Virus record (IMG/VR): IMGVR_UViG_3300047089_000307
Span: 94,652-158,651 of that record
DNA length: 64,000 nt
Source of the DNA: a virus
Reading direction: 5' to 3' (one strand)
Shown: positions 1-11,219 of the stretch, piece by piece
Layout of the letters: every line of letters begins with the position of its first letter
Position numbering within the stretch: position 1 is the stretch's first letter
Program-made: the position numbers and the translations under genes
The notes under the pieces: generated by a model
Told to the model about the DNA's origin: nothing
Database searches by the model: none
The model's input: the letters and a program-made list of their open reading frames with translations, nothing else

Positions 1-242
1 GATCCGGGGTACGCGGCCTGGAAGGCATCACGGCTGAGCACCGCGAGAATCTCGTGGCACGACGATGACCGGGACATGAGGGCCTGGACGGAGGGGCACG
101 GCCGCAGTGATGATGACGCCATCGCCATGGCCTGCGGGCGCCTGACCCTGCACCGCGAGCGAAAGGCAGCCTCATGACCGCCCGGCGCTGGCCCGGCTGG
201 CGAACGACCTGCACGGCGCCGGCCACGAGGTCTACGTGGTAA

Positions 243-950
243 CCCCCACCACGTCGCCAGCACCGGGCGCAGCTGCTTCCAGGTCTCGTCACTGGTGAAC
301 AGCCCCAGGAACTCGCACACGTCCCGGACCTCCTGCGGCACGCACGGCACGACGCGGGCCGCCGCTGCCTGGTAACCGGGGTACTGGGGGAGAAGATCCC
401 TGGTGAACAGCTCCATCGCGTCAATGGCGTCCTGCCGCTTGTCCTTGTCACCGGGACGGCTTTCCAGGGACCGGGTGACCTGCCGCCACGTCAGCGCCTC
501 GCGGGGCAGCCGCTCGCCAGTCTCGGCATCCATGAGCTGGCCGTCGAACGGGAAGATCCCGGTGCGCAGCAGCTCGTGCCGGGATTCCCCCATGTCGTCA
601 CGCAGCTGGTCGGCGCTGTAGTCGATGCTGTCGTCAGTCCTGGACCAGTCCGGGTGGCAGAGCGGGCGCACCACGATGACGCTGGCCCGGCCGTGGTCAG
701 AGGTCTCGTAGTCGTAGGAAGCGCACTCGGCAACGTCGTGCTCCAGCCAGTTCGCCTCGTGCCGGATGGTCAGCCAGTCCATGGACGGGAACGGCTTGCC
801 CTCACCGGGCCCGTACCGCTCGTCCAGCCACCGCAGGTACGCGTGGCCGCTGTGGCAGCGGCCCTCGGCGAACTTCCAGTTAACCCGCTCGTCTTCTGGC
901 GTGACCCCGGTCAGGGCGTACCCAAGGTGCTTCTGGATGCGGATTCCCAT
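243..950 (-). CDS. hypothetical phage protein, apparently lacking its stop codon at a rearrangement junction (~243)
   Basis: Manual translation from ATG 950 (MGIRIQKHLGYALTG...LRPVLATWWG) with GC3-rich codons down to ~243; the frame then reads on without a stop to the window edge, so it is absent from the ORF track. Confidence 0.6.
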
Positions 951-1020
951 CAGTGGCCCTTCCGGGAGGCAACGGCAAGAACAGCTACCTTTATCATACT
1001 GTAAAAGACGAGGAGTTCCT

Positions 1021-1365
1021 GTGACTGCATACGGCTTTGACCTGGACGGGACGCTCGATCGCCCGGCGCTGGCCCGGCTGGCGAATGACCTGCACGACGT
1101 CGGCCATGAGGTCTACGTGGTAACCGGCGGCCTGGGCGATACAGGCGAGTGGACGCTGCCGGCCCGTGAGCGCACGCTGGCCGCGCTCGGCGTGCGCTAC
1201 ACGGCGATCATGCGCTGCATTGACCCGGACATCCGGCAGCTGGGCCTCCTGAAAGGCGAGCAGTGCGCCCGGCTGGGCATCGCCGTCATGGTCGATGACG
1301 ACCGGCTCTACCTGGACGGCGTCGCCGCCGCGGCCAGTGACGTCGTGCGGCTGCTGGTGCTGTGA
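1021..1365 (+). CDS. HAD-superfamily phosphatase-like protein
   Basis: FDLDGTL motif I, VVTG, MVDD; GTG start after GAGGAG. Confidence 0.75.
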   Translation: MTAYGFDLDGTLDRPALARLANDLHDVGHEVYVVTGGLGDTGEWTLPARERTLAALGVRYTAIMRCIDPDIRQLGLLKGEQCARLGIAVMVDDDRLYLDGVAAAASDVVRLLVL

Positions 1366-1700
1366 TGAGCGGCGTGAGCGGCGCGGACCTGTACCGGGAA
1401 CTGGTCGGGCAGGCGTACGAGCGCCGCAGCGACTGGCGCAATGACCACCGGAGCCTGTACTGGGTGATGAGCCATGAGTGTCGCAATGTCATCATGCAAC
1501 TGTGCTCACCGCAGGGATGGCCGGCCCTGGAGCTGTCGCGCACCGAGGGCCTGCGGGACATGCTGTTCGGCTACCCGGTCATCGCCGGGCCTGCCTACGG
1601 CCCGCCGCTGCTGACTGACGACCCGCTGGCAGCGGCGCAACGCGTGCAGCTGATCGCGCGGAACCTGACGCTAGCGGAACTGGCTAGTGAGCCGGGCTAG
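1362..1700 (+). CDS. hypothetical protein, ARxLTLxE C-terminal motif family; paralog of 3600..3950
   Basis: Ends IARNLTLAELASEPG; shares DL..LV, WVM, G.PV and G.P.LT.DP with 3600..3950. Confidence 0.7.
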   Translation: MMSGVSGADLYRELVGQAYERRSDWRNDHRSLYWVMSHECRNVIMQLCSPQGWPALELSRTEGLRDMLFGYPVIAGPAYGPPLLTDDPLAAAQRVQLIARNLTLAELASEPG

Positions 1701-1749
1701 CCCACGGTACGATGACTTATACTCTGCAAGACCGAGAAAGGGAGGTCAC

Positions 1750-1917
1750 GTGGATAGCAGGGTGACGATCTACGTGCCGCCGGAGCTAAGGGAGAAGCTC
1801 AGCTGGCTGCCCCCGCGCACCATCAGCCGGATCTGCCAGCAGGCACTGAGCGCCGAGGTGACCCGGCGGCTGACGCTGCGGGACGAGGCCGTCGAGGATG
1901 CTTTCGCCGAGGACTGA
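1750..1917 (+). CDS. small ribbon-helix-helix-like DNA-binding protein
   Basis: RVTIYVPPELREKL...ISRICQQAL pattern; GGAGG RBS and TATACT promoter-like element upstream of GTG 1750. Confidence 0.55.
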   Translation: MDSRVTIYVPPELREKLSWLPPRTISRICQQALSAEVTRRLTLRDEAVEDAFAED

Positions 1918-1929
1918 GAAAGGGACCTC

Positions 1930-2289
1930 ATGCCTGACGTCGTGACCGTGCGCAAGGACGAGCTGCTGGAGGTGCTGCGCAAGAACCGGGCCGCGCACCG
2001 GGAGGCGTTCCTGAAGGCGCAGGCAGGCTACCGGGCCCGCGCCATCGCAGAGCTGGACCGGTCCCTGGCGGACGCGCGGGCCGGCCGGGACATCCGGCTG
2101 ATCGTCAGCCTGCCGGTGCCCGAGGACCACACGGAGGACTACGACCGGGAGATCCGGATGCTGGAGATGCACACCGGGAACACCGTCGAGCTGGAGTCCC
2201 GGCTGTTCGACCAGGTCGTGATGGACCGCTGGCGCTGGTCGTCCGCCTTTGAGACCACCAACTCCGCGTACCTGGGCAAGCCGCGGTGA
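1930..2289 (+). CDS. conserved hypothetical phage protein
   Basis: Strong RBS, typical codon usage. Confidence 0.7.
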   Translation: MPDVVTVRKDELLEVLRKNRAAHREAFLKAQAGYRARAIAELDRSLADARAGRDIRLIVSLPVPEDHTEDYDREIRMLEMHTGNTVELESRLFDQVVMDRWRWSSAFETTNSAYLGKPR

Positions 2290-2563
2290 GCAGGCGGGCA
2301 GAGGTGAGGTGGCGGGCGCGGGACGTGAGCCGGACCATCGCGTTCACCATCCGGCGCCGGCCAGCGCGGTACCTCGGCTGGATGGCCCTCCTCCTGACCG
2401 GGGAGGAGACATCGATAGCGGTGGCCTTCTTCAATCCCGTCGCGGCATGGGCAGCCGTGGCCTGCGCCGTCGCCGCCGCGATCCTGTTCTCGGCTGACAG
2501 TGCGCGGCTGCGGAAGAGAGCCCGGCAGCGGCCACTGGACGAGCTAGACGAGCTGGGCAAGGA

Positions 2564-3607
2564 GTGGCCGCAGTGACCACGATCTCCTTCACCGCCTCCC
2601 GCTTTAACTTCGCCCCGCCGCCGTCCGTCGTGGCCAGCGTGCTGTCCGCCCGGGTGCCGCTCGCGGACCGCTACGTCACCGGGGCCTGCCAGGGCGGGGA
2701 CGCCTGGATCGGCGCCTGGCTGTACGTGACCAGGCCGGCCGCTGAGCACGTCGTGGTGGTCCCGTGTAACCGCCGTCAGGTCGACCCCTGGTGGACGCGC
2801 ACCGGGAGCCTGCCGCTGGTGACCGTCATCGACATGCCCCCGGGCACCAACTACGCCGACCGGAACCGGGAGCTAGTGGCCAGGGCTGACCAGGTCTTCG
2901 GCTTCCCGGCATTCCCGGAGGAGGACCCGCGGTCGCAGCGCAGCGGCACCTGGCAGACGATCCGGATGGCCCGCGACGCCGGGAAGCTGAGGCTGTGGCA
3001 GTGCGTCACGCCGCCGTACCGGGGGCAGGTTGAGGCCCTGACGGGGGAGCCGGACCTCGCGGCGCCGGCCACCGTCTCCTATCGCGAGGAGCTCGCGCGG
3101 TTCATGACCGCGGAGGGCGAGGAGAAGATCCGGATGCTCTTCGCGGAGCCGGATGAGCACCAGCCGTGGTGCGGAGACGCGTCGCTGAGCCGGCCGGACG
3201 ATGAGTGCACTTGCGACGTCACCCCGGAGATGCAGTACGCGCAGCGCGGCCAGTCCGAGGCGGAGCAGGCCCGGCGCGGGGATGACGGACTCACGGACGA
3301 GGAGCGCGCTGAGTACGCCCGGCGCTTCTGGGCGGTGGCCAATGCCCCAGTCTCGCCCGAGATGCGGGCAGCCACGCGCCGTCGCCTTGACTCCGCGGCC
3401 ATCGGCGAGTCCCGGCACCAGGCCCGGCGCGGGGATGACGTCGAGGCATGGCTGAGGGGCTGGCGGGACCTGCTCGGCGGCGACCCCTGGCACGCCGTGA
3501 ACGGGCTGCTGGATGATTACCGCAAGCGGGCCGATCTCGGGATTGCCCTCGATGACGATAGCGAAGCAGGGCACGCCGCTGGGCACGGAGCCGGCGAGGA
3601 TGAATGA
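2564..3607 (+). CDS. protein with N-terminal SLOG/DprA-like domain
   Basis: VTGACQGGDA, RNRELV, RSGTWQTIRMARDAG motifs. Confidence 0.6.
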   Translation: MAAVTTISFTASRFNFAPPPSVVASVLSARVPLADRYVTGACQGGDAWIGAWLYVTRPAAEHVVVVPCNRRQVDPWWTRTGSLPLVTVIDMPPGTNYADRNRELVARADQVFGFPAFPEEDPRSQRSGTWQTIRMARDAGKLRLWQCVTPPYRGQVEALTGEPDLAAPATVSYREELARFMTAEGEEKIRMLFAEPDEHQPWCGDASLSRPDDECTCDVTPEMQYAQRGQSEAEQARRGDDGLTDEERAEYARRFWAVANAPVSPEMRAATRRRLDSAAIGESRHQARRGDDVEAWLRGWRDLLGGDPWHAVNGLLDDYRKRADLGIALDDDSEAGHAAGHGAGEDE

Positions 3608-3950
3608 CCCGTCGCAGGTGAGCTACCAGGACCTGTGGGCGTACCTGGTCGATGAGTACTACCGGTTCCGGCTCCTGGACGCCCCTCGCCGCGGGCCCTG
3701 GGCCTGTCACCTGTGGTGGGTAATGCACCCGCGCTGGCTGCACCCGTGCCTGAACGCAGAAGTAATGAACATGAGCTACCGCATGTACCAGGAACAGCGC
3801 AAGAGCCCGGAATGGCTGCTGACCGGCATCCCGGTCCTGGAAGGCATGAAGTTCGGGGAGCCGAAGCTGACGCGGGACCCGGCCAGCCTCAGCAAGGGGC
3901 CGTACCTGCACGCCCGGCCGCTGACGCTGCGGGAGCTGATGAGCCGGTGA
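3600..3950 (+). CDS. hypothetical protein, ARxLTLxE motif family
   Basis: Ends LHARPLTLRELMSR; overlaps the upstream stop. Confidence 0.7.
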   Translation: MNDPSQVSYQDLWAYLVDEYYRFRLLDAPRRGPWACHLWWVMHPRWLHPCLNAEVMNMSYRMYQEQRKSPEWLLTGIPVLEGMKFGEPKLTRDPASLSKGPYLHARPLTLRELMSR

Positions 3951-4513
3951 CCACGGTAGCGATTGACTTTGACGGAGTTATTCACCGGTACTCACGCGGC
4001 TGGCAGGACGGGTCCATCTACGACTTGCCGTTCGACGGGGCGCTGGACGGGCTACGGCAGCTGATGAGCAGGCACGCGGTCTTCATCTTCACGTCCCGGA
4101 ACACCGCGCAGGTCGCAGGCTGGCTTCATGACCACGGGTTCAAGGTCAGCACCGATGACTCGGCCTTCCGGCATGACCGCGACTGGGACGGCGTGTTCTG
4201 GGAAACCCGGGGCGTGCTGCTCGTCACTAACCGGAAGCTGGGCGCCTCCGCTTACCTCGATGACAGGGCCGTCAGGTTCACTAGCTGGAAGCAGGCGCTC
4301 GCCGACCTGGGGACGGGAACTGGTCCGGAACCGGACGCCGCCGAGGCGCTGGCGCGGGAGATCCTTGAGGCGGCATGCCAGCGGGACGGCCTCTCGCTGG
4401 AGTCGGACGCGGACCCGGGGAAGCCTGCCCGCAACTACGAGCTGGCGCTGCGCCTGGGCATCGGGCACGTGTTCGGGCTAGGCCCTGCGCGCGGCGATGA
4501 GGTGGAACGATGA
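3947..4513 (+). CDS. HAD-superfamily phosphatase
   Basis: IDFDGVIH, FTSR, RK..A..YLDDRA motifs. Confidence 0.8.
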   Translation: MTTVAIDFDGVIHRYSRGWQDGSIYDLPFDGALDGLRQLMSRHAVFIFTSRNTAQVAGWLHDHGFKVSTDDSAFRHDRDWDGVFWETRGVLLVTNRKLGASAYLDDRAVRFTSWKQALADLGTGTGPEPDAAEALAREILEAACQRDGLSLESDADPGKPARNYELALRLGIGHVFGLGPARGDEVER

Positions 4514-5701
4514 CCGCCTGGCTAAGCCCCGGAGGGGAAGACCGCAACGGGCAGGATCACCCGTGGCACGGCGCGCTGGACGTTGACGAGAGCGCGGTCG
4601 ACATGCTGGTGATCGTCTTCGCCGAGTGCCGGGAGCTGGGCATCGCGATCTCCGGCTTCATGCCGCTGGACACGCCGGCCCACCAGCGCGCGGCCGTCAT
4701 GCACCTGTCCCGGCTGGTCCTGCGGGAGAAGAGGGAGCGCGGGCTATGAGCGAGACGGCCCCGAAGGTCAGCTTCACCGTCACCACGTACTGGAAGCGCC
4801 CCCGCGGCCAGCCGGGGCTAACGCGGATGGGCAGCCGGCGGCTGACGCTCAGCGAGGCCCTGGACTGGGTGCTCGCCGAGCTGCCGGCCGACGCGGTCAC
4901 CCTGGCGCACGACCTGGATGACGGCCGGAACGTGGTGACCGTCACCATCGACTGGGGCAAGGTACCGATGGAGGCCAGGGACGGTGCCCGGTGAGCAAGC
5001 CCGGTGCCCGGTACGAGATCACCGCGATCCGGCGCGTCCGCTGCCCGCTGTGCGGGTCGGCGGCCGGGCAGTGGTGCACGAGCCGCAGCGCCAGCGACCC
5101 GGTTCCGATCGCGCACCCGCACCCGGAACGGATCGCAGCGGTGCTCGCGGCCAGGAAGGCGAGGAGGCAGGAGCCATCATGACCGAGTGCGGGGTACCAG
5201 GCTGCGCAAGCCACCCGGAGCCGCTGCTGACCGCGGCCGAGCGTAACCTCATCCGGGCGCTCGGCCTGGCCTACCGGCAATTCGAGGAGCTGGCCGGCCA
5301 TTCCCCGCTGACGCGCGACGATGACCTGGCCGAAGTCCGGCTGCACGTTCACGCACTTCAGCGGATGATCATGGCGCAGGCCGCGGCGCGGGCGTTCCCG
5401 GGTGAGCTGCGGGCACTGGGGCTAACCGTCACTGACGGCGCGCTGGCCAACCGGGAAGGCAGTGACCCGGGACATGAAGACCGGGCAGTACGCGGCCGGG
5501 AAGTCCAGGAGGATGGCAGGCAATGAGCAGCCTGGCTGACCTGAGCACGATCATGGCCAGCTGCTTCACGGAGTGGCTGGAATACGAGCACGCCTGGCAT
5601 GCCCTGAACGACGATGAGATGGCGATCATGACCAGGGCTTTCGGCGCGGGCTTCCTCTACGGCGGGCTGCTGCTGACGCGCGAAGAGACCGGGGAGCTGC
5701 C

Positions 5702-6460
5702 GTGAACACGCCGCTGGCCTGGGACGCCGCGCTCGGCCGGCCGCTGCTGCTCGATGCCTACTGCGGGGCTGGCGGCATAGCCTGGGGGTACTGGCTGGCC
5801 GGCTTCGCCGTCATCGGCATCGATCACCAGCCGCAGCCGCACTACCCGTTCCCGTTCTTCCAGGGCGACGCCGTCAAGGCGCTGGGCGACCTGATCGCCG
5901 GGAAGCCACTGTCCTTCACCTACCAGCCCACGGGCAGCGTCGTGCCGTACCGGCTGAAGGACGTCGCCGCGATCCACGCCAGCTGCCCTTGCCAGTTCGC
6001 CACCGTATACGGGAACAACAAGGCGCACGTGAAGCAGGATCACCCGAACCTGATTCCGCCAACCCGCGAGCTGCTGGCGGCCACCGGGCTGCCGTACGTG
6101 ATCGAGAACGTCTACGGCGCGCGGGCGCACCTGAAGGACCCGGTCATGCTGTGCGGCACGTCGTTCGGCATCGAGGTACGGCGGCACCGGCTGTTCGAGT
6201 CGACGGTGACGATCCCCTCGGTTCCCTGTGACCACGGCCGGTTCACGGCACGCAAGTACCCGGGCAGCTCCAACCGGCCGAACGGGCGCACCGTGTGCAA
6301 CATCGGCGAGTACCGCGTCCCGCTGGCGGTCCAGCAGGCCGCGATCGGGATCAGCTGGATGAACCTGGCGGAGATCGCGCAGGCGATTCCCCCGTGCTAC
6401 ACCGAGTTCATCGGCATGTTCCTGATGAACGACCTGATCCTGAAAGGGCGTGAGCCATGA
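5702..6460 (+). CDS. DNA cytosine-5 methyltransferase (phage type)
   Basis: LLDAYCGAGG (motif I), ASCPCQ (catalytic PC), VIENV, RRHRLFE. Confidence 0.85.
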   Translation: MNTPLAWDAALGRPLLLDAYCGAGGIAWGYWLAGFAVIGIDHQPQPHYPFPFFQGDAVKALGDLIAGKPLSFTYQPTGSVVPYRLKDVAAIHASCPCQFATVYGNNKAHVKQDHPNLIPPTRELLAATGLPYVIENVYGARAHLKDPVMLCGTSFGIEVRRHRLFESTVTIPSVPCDHGRFTARKYPGSSNRPNGRTVCNIGEYRVPLAVQQAAIGISWMNLAEIAQAIPPCYTEFIGMFLMNDLILKGREP

Positions 6461-7712
6461 TCGTCCGCTTCACCGGGCTCTGCGCGCCGTGCGCCGTGGG
6501 GGAAAGGTAAGGCATTGACCGAGCGGGATGCCATGGAAAGGGCCATGATCGCCGTGCGCACGATCCTCGCGCAGTCCAAGGACCCGCGCACCACGCTAGG
6601 CCGGATGGGACCTTCCTCCGTGGCCTTCCATGCGGCCTGGGCCGCAGTTGACACGTACCGCAAGGCCCTGGAGGAAACATGAGTCACTACCTGTCCACCG
6701 CGTGCTATCACGAGCACCTGGCCAGCGACCCGGCACTGCACGACGCCTGCCGCCTGGCCTGCAAGTTCTGCGATGCGCCGTGCAGCTGCCCGCAGCACCC
6801 GCAGGAGAGCGGCAGCCCGCGCGCCGTCAGCGGGATCGACCAGGCCCGGGACATCGCCCGCGAGCTGCTGAGCTTGCTGGAGGAAGCCGGCGGGGTGCCG
6901 TACAAGCTCCACGAGCGGCTGAGCGATGACCCGCGGCTGTTCTGGCTGAGCGGGGGAGAGGCGCCGCCCGGGACGTGGAAGCAGGGGGAGGAGCAGCGGT
7001 AATGGCTGACTGCACGGCCTGGAAGGAAACCACCACCCGGCAGGTCTTCGAGCTGAGCATGCCGTCGAACGCCATCGAGCTGTCGAAGATGATCAGCTGG
7101 GCGTGCTCAGCGTATCGATCGGCGCACGGCAAGGAGCCGGCTGACGACGCGATCACCGTCACGGTCACCGATGACGCGATCATGCTGGGCTACGTGCTGG
7201 AGAAGGGCCGGCTGCAATGAGGGCGCTGCGGTGGCTGGCCTGGCTGGCGGACGAGATCCTGGACCGCGTGCCCGCCGTCGAGGACGGCCGCGTTTACTGG
7301 TACGGCGGCTGGGGCTGCCGCCTGCGGATGTCCCGGTTCTGGGACGAGGGGGATAAGCCGTGAGCGCGGGCTTCTGCCAGCACACCGGGGACTGCTGGGA
7401 TGACCCGGACTGCGCGCTGCACGGCTCGGGCCTGTGCCCGGCACTGGTCGCCATCCCCGCGCAGGCCCGTGAGCGCATCCTGCGCCAGCACCGGGAGCTA
7501 GGGCAGCTCACGGCGCGGGACGAGGCGCTGGAGGGCGACGAATTGCGCAAGGTGCGGATGCGCCCCGTGAACGAAGCCGAGGACGACTGGTGAGCGCCGC
7601 CACGCCGCGCTCATTCTGGCTCGCCGTGCTCACCCGGGTGCTGGACCGCGCAGCTGACAGCGCGGAAGAGCGCGCACGCAGGTTATACTGCGAGAGACTT
7701 AGAAGGAGGACG

Positions 7713-7820
7713 GTGATGATGACTGCGCACCGCGGATGCCGTAGTTGCGGGAACGTCCGAACATGCACGTGCTCCGCCACGTGCGACTGCCGTTGCATCG
7801 ATTGCCACTGCCATGCCTGA
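7713..7820 (+). CDS. Cys/His-rich metallothionein-like peptide
   Basis: MMTAHRGCRSCGNVRTCTCSATCDCRCIDCHCHA (9 Cys, 3 His); TATACT element at 7684 and AGAAGGAGG RBS. Confidence 0.5.
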   Translation: MMMTAHRGCRSCGNVRTCTCSATCDCRCIDCHCHA

Positions 7821-8913
7821 TATCCCCATCCGGGCACGGTGCAGTGGCATGTGCGCCCTGCACTGCGCCGGCCACGAGTACCAGGCAGAGCTCAGCTCGA
7901 AGGACGCGGACCGGCTGCTGGAGTGGCTGCGCAACGGCGACGCGGGGACGTTCACCCCGCACTCGCCCAGCCGGCTGTTCATTGACGCCACCGGCAACGG
8001 CGGCCTCGTCATCAGGATGGCGCCGTGACCGGCGCAGTGAGCGGGCCGGCTCCCCGCAGGCCGGTGGTCCCCGGCTCCGGGCAGGCCGGCGAGCCGCGTG
8101 ACCTCGCGCGCTGCCAGGCCCCGGACGGCACCGGGCACGCTTGCCGGGCACGGGCGTCCTGGCGGGTCAGCATCGGCAGCCGCCGCAGCGACGCGCAGCT
8201 GGCCTGCGGCCGGCACCTGAACATGGCCGCCCTGGCGATGCTCGGCGCGGAGGGGCGCGCCAGCGCCGTGCTCGCCGTCACGCCCGTGGCCGGCCTGCGC
8301 GCCCTGGCGGGGCTGAGTGAGTACCTGAGCCCGGCGGAGATCCGGCAGGGGGCGCGGCCATGACCAGCGGGGGGAAGCTGCCCGAGGCCCGGCTGCTGCT
8401 GCGCATCAGGTACCGGGGGCCGTGGGAGCGGCTGGAGGGCTTCTTCTACGGCGTCCGCGCGGACAATACCCTGCGCTTCAAGATCAGCGAGACCCCCCGC
8501 GGCTGGCGACGGGCGGCTGCCGCGCTCGGTGACTACTGCGACCGCCGGGACAGCGCCTGGCATGACCGCCATGCACGGGGCGGTACCCGCCCGCATCGCG
8601 CCTGGAAGAGGAGAGGGCCGTGATCACGGGCGAGGAGCGGGCCGTCGCCCGCAGGCTGTGGCCGGATGACGAGGAGACGGACTTCACCGTGGCCGTCGTC
8701 CCGGGCGACCCGGCCTGGATACGGCTGTCGTGCTCCGTGCACGGCCCCGTCATCGCTGCCGTCACCTGGGACCTGGGCGAGCTGCTCGTCGCCGCCGAGC
8801 GGCACTACGTCACCCGGCACCTGCGCCCGAACCGGGCTGCCCGCCCTGGCGAGTGCTCCTTCTGCTCGGGCGGGATGGCGGACTACTGCACCTGCCCGCC
8901 GGAGGAGGCACCG

Positions 8914-9494
8914 TGATCAGCTTCAGTGACACTGGCCGCGCCATGACCCTCATCGCCAGCATCAGCGCAGCCAAGGAGACGCACCCGGGCTTCTGGCCGA
9001 TGCTGGTCACGCGGATCGTCACTGACCTGGACATCGCCGGCGATGAAGCGGCCGTGGCGATGATCGTGAGGCTGCTCGCCCTGCTGCGGGGCCAGCTGGA
9101 GGACAGGGTCACGGTGCCCGCCAGCGCCCAGGACGTCAAGGTCCGCGTGAACCGCCTGCGCAGGATGGCCAGGCGGCAGGGCCTGCGGCTCGTCAAGTCG
9201 CGGCTCCGGGACCCGCTCGCGCCCGGCTTCGGCCGTTACCAGGTGGTGACGGCACAGGGGGAGGAGCCAGAGCGCTTCACCTCGCCCGGGGGATGGGGCC
9301 TGACGCTCAGTGAGGCTGAGCGGCGCCTCACGGAGACCGCCGCGGCAGCGCGCACGACCTTCCGCTGGCAAGGCGAGTGCCCGAACTGCGGGGACCCCGC
9401 CGCTGAGGACCTGTGCGCCCGGTGCCAGGCCCTCATGCAGTCCCCGGCCATGCGGCAGCTGCTGGCGACCCTGGCGAGCAGGGAGCAGCCGTGA
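8914..9494 (+). CDS. hypothetical protein with C-terminal CxxC..CxxC zinc ribbon
   Basis: GTG after GGAGG; CPNC...CARC. Confidence 0.55.
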
Positions 9495-9676
9495 TCACCG
9501 ACAAGCGCTGCTGGTGGTGCGGGAAGCTCTTCAAGGGCATCGACACCGACGTCCCCGTGGGCGCAGGCTACCTATGGGACACCGACGTGAGCATCCTGTG
9601 CGACGGCGACGGCTCGCAGGACTGCGAGCGCAGGGTAAAGCGACCCTGAGAAAAGAAAAAGAAAAAGGAGAAGCAC

Positions 9677-9814
9677 ATGATGGGACAGAGCTCCTCCCAC
9701 GGGGCCTCGTACTCCAACGGCCCGCTGGCAGCCGGCCAGGCCAAGCGGGATGCCGGATGGGATATCCGCCCCGTCCGGCACTGGGACTTCACCGAGCCCC
9801 AGACGCTGGCCTGA
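9677..9814 (+). CDS. 45-aa putative leader peptide
   Basis: AAAGGAG RBS; MMGQSSSHG...WDFTEPQTLA; 3' half overlaps a duplicated stem-loop. Confidence 0.45.
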   Translation: MMGQSSSHGASYSNGPLAAGQAKRDAGWDIRPVRHWDFTEPQTLA

Positions 9815-9907
9815 CCGTTAGGAAGGGTCCCAGTGCCGGACGGGATATCAGCCCGCCCGGCACGGGGACTTCACCGAGCCCAGACGCTGGCCCGACCGTC
9901 AGAAAGG
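9751..9907 (+). repeat. ~75-bp imperfect tandem duplication with alternative hairpins
   Basis: Copies 9751-9826 and 9834-9907; perfect 18-bp inverted repeat cccgtccggcactgggac / gtcccagtgccggacggg. Confidence 0.8.
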
Positions 9908-9912
9908 CACGC

Positions 9913-10629
9913 ATGTACCACGGAACATCCCTTACCAGCCCGGAGCGCACGATCACCGCAGAGGTGATCTGCGCCGGGCGCCGGCTGCCCTTCTACCAGC
10001 GCCCGGCAGACGGCTACCCCTACATTCCCGGAACCGCCGGGGCCAGCTACCTGATCGCGGTGCGGAACCTGGGCACCCGGCGCATCGAGGTGCTCGCCGC
10101 CGTGGACGGCATGAGCCTGATCACCGAGGAGGAGGCGTCCCTGGAGCGCAGCCAGGGCCTGGTCATCCCCGCGCACGGGGAGTACCGGTTCGCCGGCTTC
10201 CGCACCGGGGACGACTCCTCCCGGGAGCTGGTCTTCGGGGACCCGGCCGGGTCGGTCGCGGAGCAGGCCACCGGGTCCGCGGCAGGCTGCGGCGTGATCG
10301 GCATCGCCGCCTGGGTAGAACAGCACGCGCCCGCCTGGACCGCCGCCGCGGGAGGAGCAGCGCCCCCGGTCAGCGGCTTCGAGACCCGCGGCGGCACCCG
10401 GGGCATGACCCCGAACGCCTCCCGGGGGCTGGGCACGCACGCCGGAGCCGAGCGCCACGACCCGGTGGGCCGCACCTCGTTCACCCGCGCGCACGGGAGG
10501 CCGGACGTGCTGGTCATCGGCTACAAGGAGCTGGCGGAGCTGGAGGCGATGGGGATCACCGGCCCGGCCGACCCGGAGCCGTTCCCCGGTGACGTGAAGG
10601 CGGCCGGGTACCGCCGGTACGCGCCGTGA
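9913..10629 (+). CDS. conserved bacterial hypothetical protein
   Basis: Y.I.VRN...RIEVL..VDG...GFR...GVIGIA...LGT..G motif order resembles a widespread uncharacterised bacterial family. Confidence 0.7.
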   Translation: MYHGTSLTSPERTITAEVICAGRRLPFYQRPADGYPYIPGTAGASYLIAVRNLGTRRIEVLAAVDGMSLITEEEASLERSQGLVIPAHGEYRFAGFRTGDDSSRELVFGDPAGSVAEQATGSAAGCGVIGIAAWVEQHAPAWTAAAGGAAPPVSGFETRGGTRGMTPNASRGLGTHAGAERHDPVGRTSFTRAHGRPDVLVIGYKELAELEAMGITGPADPEPFPGDVKAAGYRRYAP

Positions 10630-11219
10630 CAAGGCAGTTCACCATCGTGCTGACCAGCGCTGACGGGCAGGTTAACTCGCGGTTCGAGTGCGAGGCGCAG
10701 ACCCCGCAGGCTGCGCTGACGGCTTTCGCCGGCGCGGGACCGAGGACGTGGCTGTACGGCCTGACCGCTGACGAATGGCTGCACCTGGCCAGCGAGGGCG
10801 AGGACAGCGAGGTGCAGCCCTGCTGCGGTAACGTCGGCGAACTGCGCGACCTGCTGCGCGCCCTGGCCACGTTCCAGTCCCGGGATGACACGGGGTGGCA
10901 GCTCAGTATCGGCCGCCACATCCTGGAGAACCTGGACGGCGACGGGGACGGGCACGGCCTGGGCGACGCCGCCGCGTTCCCGCTGCTGCACCGGGTGCTG
11001 GACGGCATCCGGGCGCAGCAGGCCGGCCAGGGCCCGGGCGAGGAGTCGTCCCACCGGGGGGCAGGTGACCGGCCCTGATCATCTTCGGCAAGTGCACCGC
11101 GTGCGAGGGCACCGGGGACCACAACGCCTGCGGCGGGGACGGTTGCCGGAACTGCGACTGGACGGGCACGTGCAGCGCCTGCGGCGGCCGGGGAACGAAA
11201 TGACGGGGGTGGCCGCCCT

